The notes below the pieces were generated by a model. That model did no database searches. It saw nothing but the letters and a program-made list of their open reading frames with translations, and was not told the DNA's origin. A stretch of 63,964 nt of DNA, counting the filler, from Chiloscyllium plagiosum (Eukaryota): the NCBI RefSeq assembly GCF_004010195.1. It is 5 parts of one record of this genome, joined end to end, with 100 filler letters (N's around TTAATTAATTAA, not from the genome) between each part and the next. Parts side by side here need not be neighbours in the genome. Positions count along the whole stretch, not along the records: positions 61,157 to 63,964 come from NC_057717.1; 4 more parts are not named here. One strand, 5' to 3'. Each line of letters opens with the position of its first letter. Within the stretch, counting starts at the first letter, position 1. This document shows, piece by piece, positions 61,057 to 63,964 of this stretch. A program made the position numbers and the translations under genes.

Positions 61057-62850
61057 NNNNNNNNNNNNNNNNNNNNNNNNNNNNNNNNNNNNNNNNNNNN
61101 TTAATTAATTAANNNNNNNNNNNNNNNNNNNNNNNNNNNNNNNNNNNNNNNNNNNNCTGCACGATTAACTGAGAGTGACAAAGACAGGCGTTCTGTGGAC
61201 AGACACGGACTGAGTTTCAAAGACGTGAATCAAAGCTGCTGGAAACCCCGACCAGCATGGAGCTCCACATAAGACACACCCGGAAGTGAACAACAGACAA
61301 ATAGACAAACGTTTCATTGCTTCTGACCATCACAATGCTAGCACTTGACACACTAAGGAGAGAAAAATCAAGGCCATGGAAAGATAAAGAAGGAGATTAA
61401 CATGAAAGATGAAACGGACAATTAATTAACTGAGAATATGATGTGGAATAATGGGGGAAAGAGAAGACAGGGACGGGACTCACTTGAGGATTTAGACCTT
61501 GGAGGGTCCAATCAGAAGAAAAAGATGATGAACAAAAATATTGCTCGATGAGATAAAATGTTTCATTATATCCATTTCTGAATCTCCCCCCACAGAAACT
61601 GCCCAAAACCATATGCTAGGACCGGTACAATCCAAGCATGGAGATCTGTGCAGACTATGCTACCGTATTTCTAGGTAAGCTGAGCTATCTGCTCAGCATG
61701 AGGAGCACTGTAACACTTTGTCAGTATATTACTGCTATACTTGCACTGGATATCTGCCAAGCCTGGAAAGATTTGCAGCCCAAACTGCAAGTGACTGTAA
61801 ATGTGACTGCCACAAATTTATGTCTCTAAATAGCCATGCATCATTTCAAGGCAAGGGGTTTTATGTGTGCTTGCGTGTGTCTGCCTGGAGCGGAGATAGA
61901 TGTGAAAATCATTGTCTGCGAGAGAACCCGCGTGGAGGAACTCAGTCGAAATATGAACAACTGGCAGGGGTTGGGACCATGGTAAGACAGAGACGGAGGG
62001 TTATTACATGGACAGCTGTTAATTTGTGCTTGAGAATATTAAAGTAAACGCAGTGTCAGACCCAGTAACAATACAGATCAGTGTGCACAGGAATAACGGA
62101 TGAATGGGGATTTTGGTGTAAGTTCATGTACGAGGCATGGAGTATTGACAGAGAATTGCGTCTGCACGTTTGAAGCTGGGACTGTCATCAGCAGAGTATT
62201 GGCTTCATTAAGACTGTACTTCATAGTTCAAGATGGGAAGAGCCAGTGAAGTTTATTTTGAGGTATCAGCTGTGGAAGTACTCATGGTATGGTGTCAAGG
62301 ACCAGCTCATGACCACAGGATCACGGCATCTGTGATTCATCAGATGTTGGCTAGGAATGGGATGGAGTTAGAGGCAGTAAATTAAGTTTGCAAGCCAGAA
62401 CTGTAGATGGGTGACCTACATGTTCGCAGTTCTTAAATAGCCAGTGGAGTCATGATTCTTTGCTCACAGCTGAAACTGAATGGGTCAACTCTGAGATCCA
62501 CAAGGGACACTGTCAGAATAAAAGAGGGGAAAAAGACATACAATATCAGATTTTCATTCTGTTCACACTGATCTATATGGTTATTGGGTCTGGCAATGCC
62601 TTTACTTTGGATGATAACCTGGCTTTAAGTATTATTTTAACTTTGTCCATACCAGTCCAACAGCGGCACCTCAAAGAGGGAAAGAATGAATAAGGAAATT
62701 CCCTGATGCAGTTCGGCGGGAGCTGTGGAATATATGAATTCAAAGTCTCAATAGGAATAATTACTGCCACAAGGAGAATAGAGTCTACGAAAAGAGTAGT
62801 AATACTTCCAAGCATTTTTGTAACGTTAAGGAATGAACAGCGCTACTTAC

Positions 62851-62990
62851 CAGGGACATCAACAATAACCAGGATTGGATAATAAAAATATTTGAATATA
62901 GAAGAGTGCACATTTGATCCGAACAGCTACTGACCATCGATCATAATATGGAGCAATACACCGATCATCACAGTGTAATGACCTGTGCAT
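62851..62990 (-). pseudogene. GPR139-like GPCR first coding exon (N-terminus + start of TM1) with a +1 frameshift
   Basis: The reverse complement reads MHRSLHCDDRCIAPYYDRWSVAVRIKCALFYIQ, then after one extra base YFYYPILVIVDVP, ending at a phase-1 donor G|GTAAGT. Not in the ORF track. Confidence 0.75.
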
Positions 62991-63964
62991 TCTTGGAATA
63001 TTCAGAACTAATGTTGTCAGATGTTACTTTCTTCTCACTTTCTTCTCACTTTCTTCTCACTTTCTTCGCTCTTGAGATGCTGATCCTTATTAGTGCTCTC
63101 GGTGATTCTGTCGCAAATAATATTGGATAACACATTGAACAGAGACCATTTATCATTAAAAGATGTAAACCATCCACTGGGATAATTGGAACACATGGAA
63201 ACTGACATTAAGGAAAGTCAATGAACAAACATGCTCAGTAAAGCCCATCCTTATAGCAATTTTCAAACCACAATAAAAACAAATATTTATGCCGTCGAGA
63301 TGGAATGGATGAAAGGGTGCTTAATGATGGAGCATACATCTTAAAATCAATTTTATTCTTTCTTTCGTCAATATGGGAGTGGTTCCAGAGCAGTGTTGAA
63401 TTGTATATATTGTATACTGTTTAAAAAAGAGCCAAGGATAATGTGACATACCAGCTGCATAAGGTGACTGGTACGGAAATTTCTAGATATCATAAACCAG
63501 CGTACAATGTCTATTGCCCAGATGAAGTCGATCATTAATGCTGCAGTACACACAATATTTGCCAACCTAAAATAAAACGAAGAGATGCAGATGATGAAGG
63601 TCTGAAACAAAAACTGTTCTGAAGAAGAGATTCCTGTTTGGAAATAATAACTCTGCTTTCTTCTTAAATATGTTAGCATACCCACTCAGTTTTGCCAGCA
63701 CTTTCTTTCATATCTAATTCACTCTTTAAAAATATGCACAAAATCGACCCTGCGGTTTTGCCTTTGACATATAACCCCCACCAGTTTTTGTTTCTCCTTG
63801 TTGTTTCTAAGATCCAGACAAGTGATTTCTGTGTAATCTGAGTGTCTTGGTCTGGCTGGAAATCATGGGAGATTCAGCGAAATGTTTCCTGAGGCCTGTC
63901 TTGATGTTAAGATAATCCCGCTGCCTCGTGTTCATTCTTCTCAAGGGGAATGGTGAGATTCTCC

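Noticed and set aside
63368..63685. Hydrophobic 105-aa ORF upstream of the GPCR exon 1
   Set aside because: AT-rich composition explains the hydrophobicity; no GPCR or other motifs.

Overview
Repeat-dense eukaryotic (vertebrate) DNA. The repeat content (HE1-like tRNA-derived SINEs, CR1/HER1-like LINEs, two-exon GPR139-like receptors) points to an elasmobranch (shark). The window is stitched from about five contigs: four identical 100-nt spacers (44 N + TTAATTAATTAA + 44 N) sit at 23195, 41920, 52722 and 61057, so adjacency across them is unreliable. No intact host gene is evident. Contents: (1) a decayed, internally deleted epsilon-like (fish-type) endogenous retrovirus (2394-6852) with two LTRs, a tRNA-Pro PBS, PPT, gag, integrase and an apparent 2H-phosphoesterase domain joined in frame to integrase where RT/RNase H has been lost; (2) many CR1 LINE copies, two with ORF1 (zinc finger/leucine zipper plus SGNH esterase); (3) Penelope-like elements of two types and about a dozen minimal hammerhead-ribozyme motifs in three sequence families, including short palindromic mini-elements with target-site duplications; (4) a frameshifted GPR139-like GPCR exon 2 (+ strand) and a separate frameshifted GPR139-like exon 1 (- strand); (5) a 3-4 kb tandem duplication whose copies differ by a SINE insertion; (6) minisatellites, microsatellites and one possible orphan exon with an EF-hand-like motif. 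Boundaries of old repeats are approximate.
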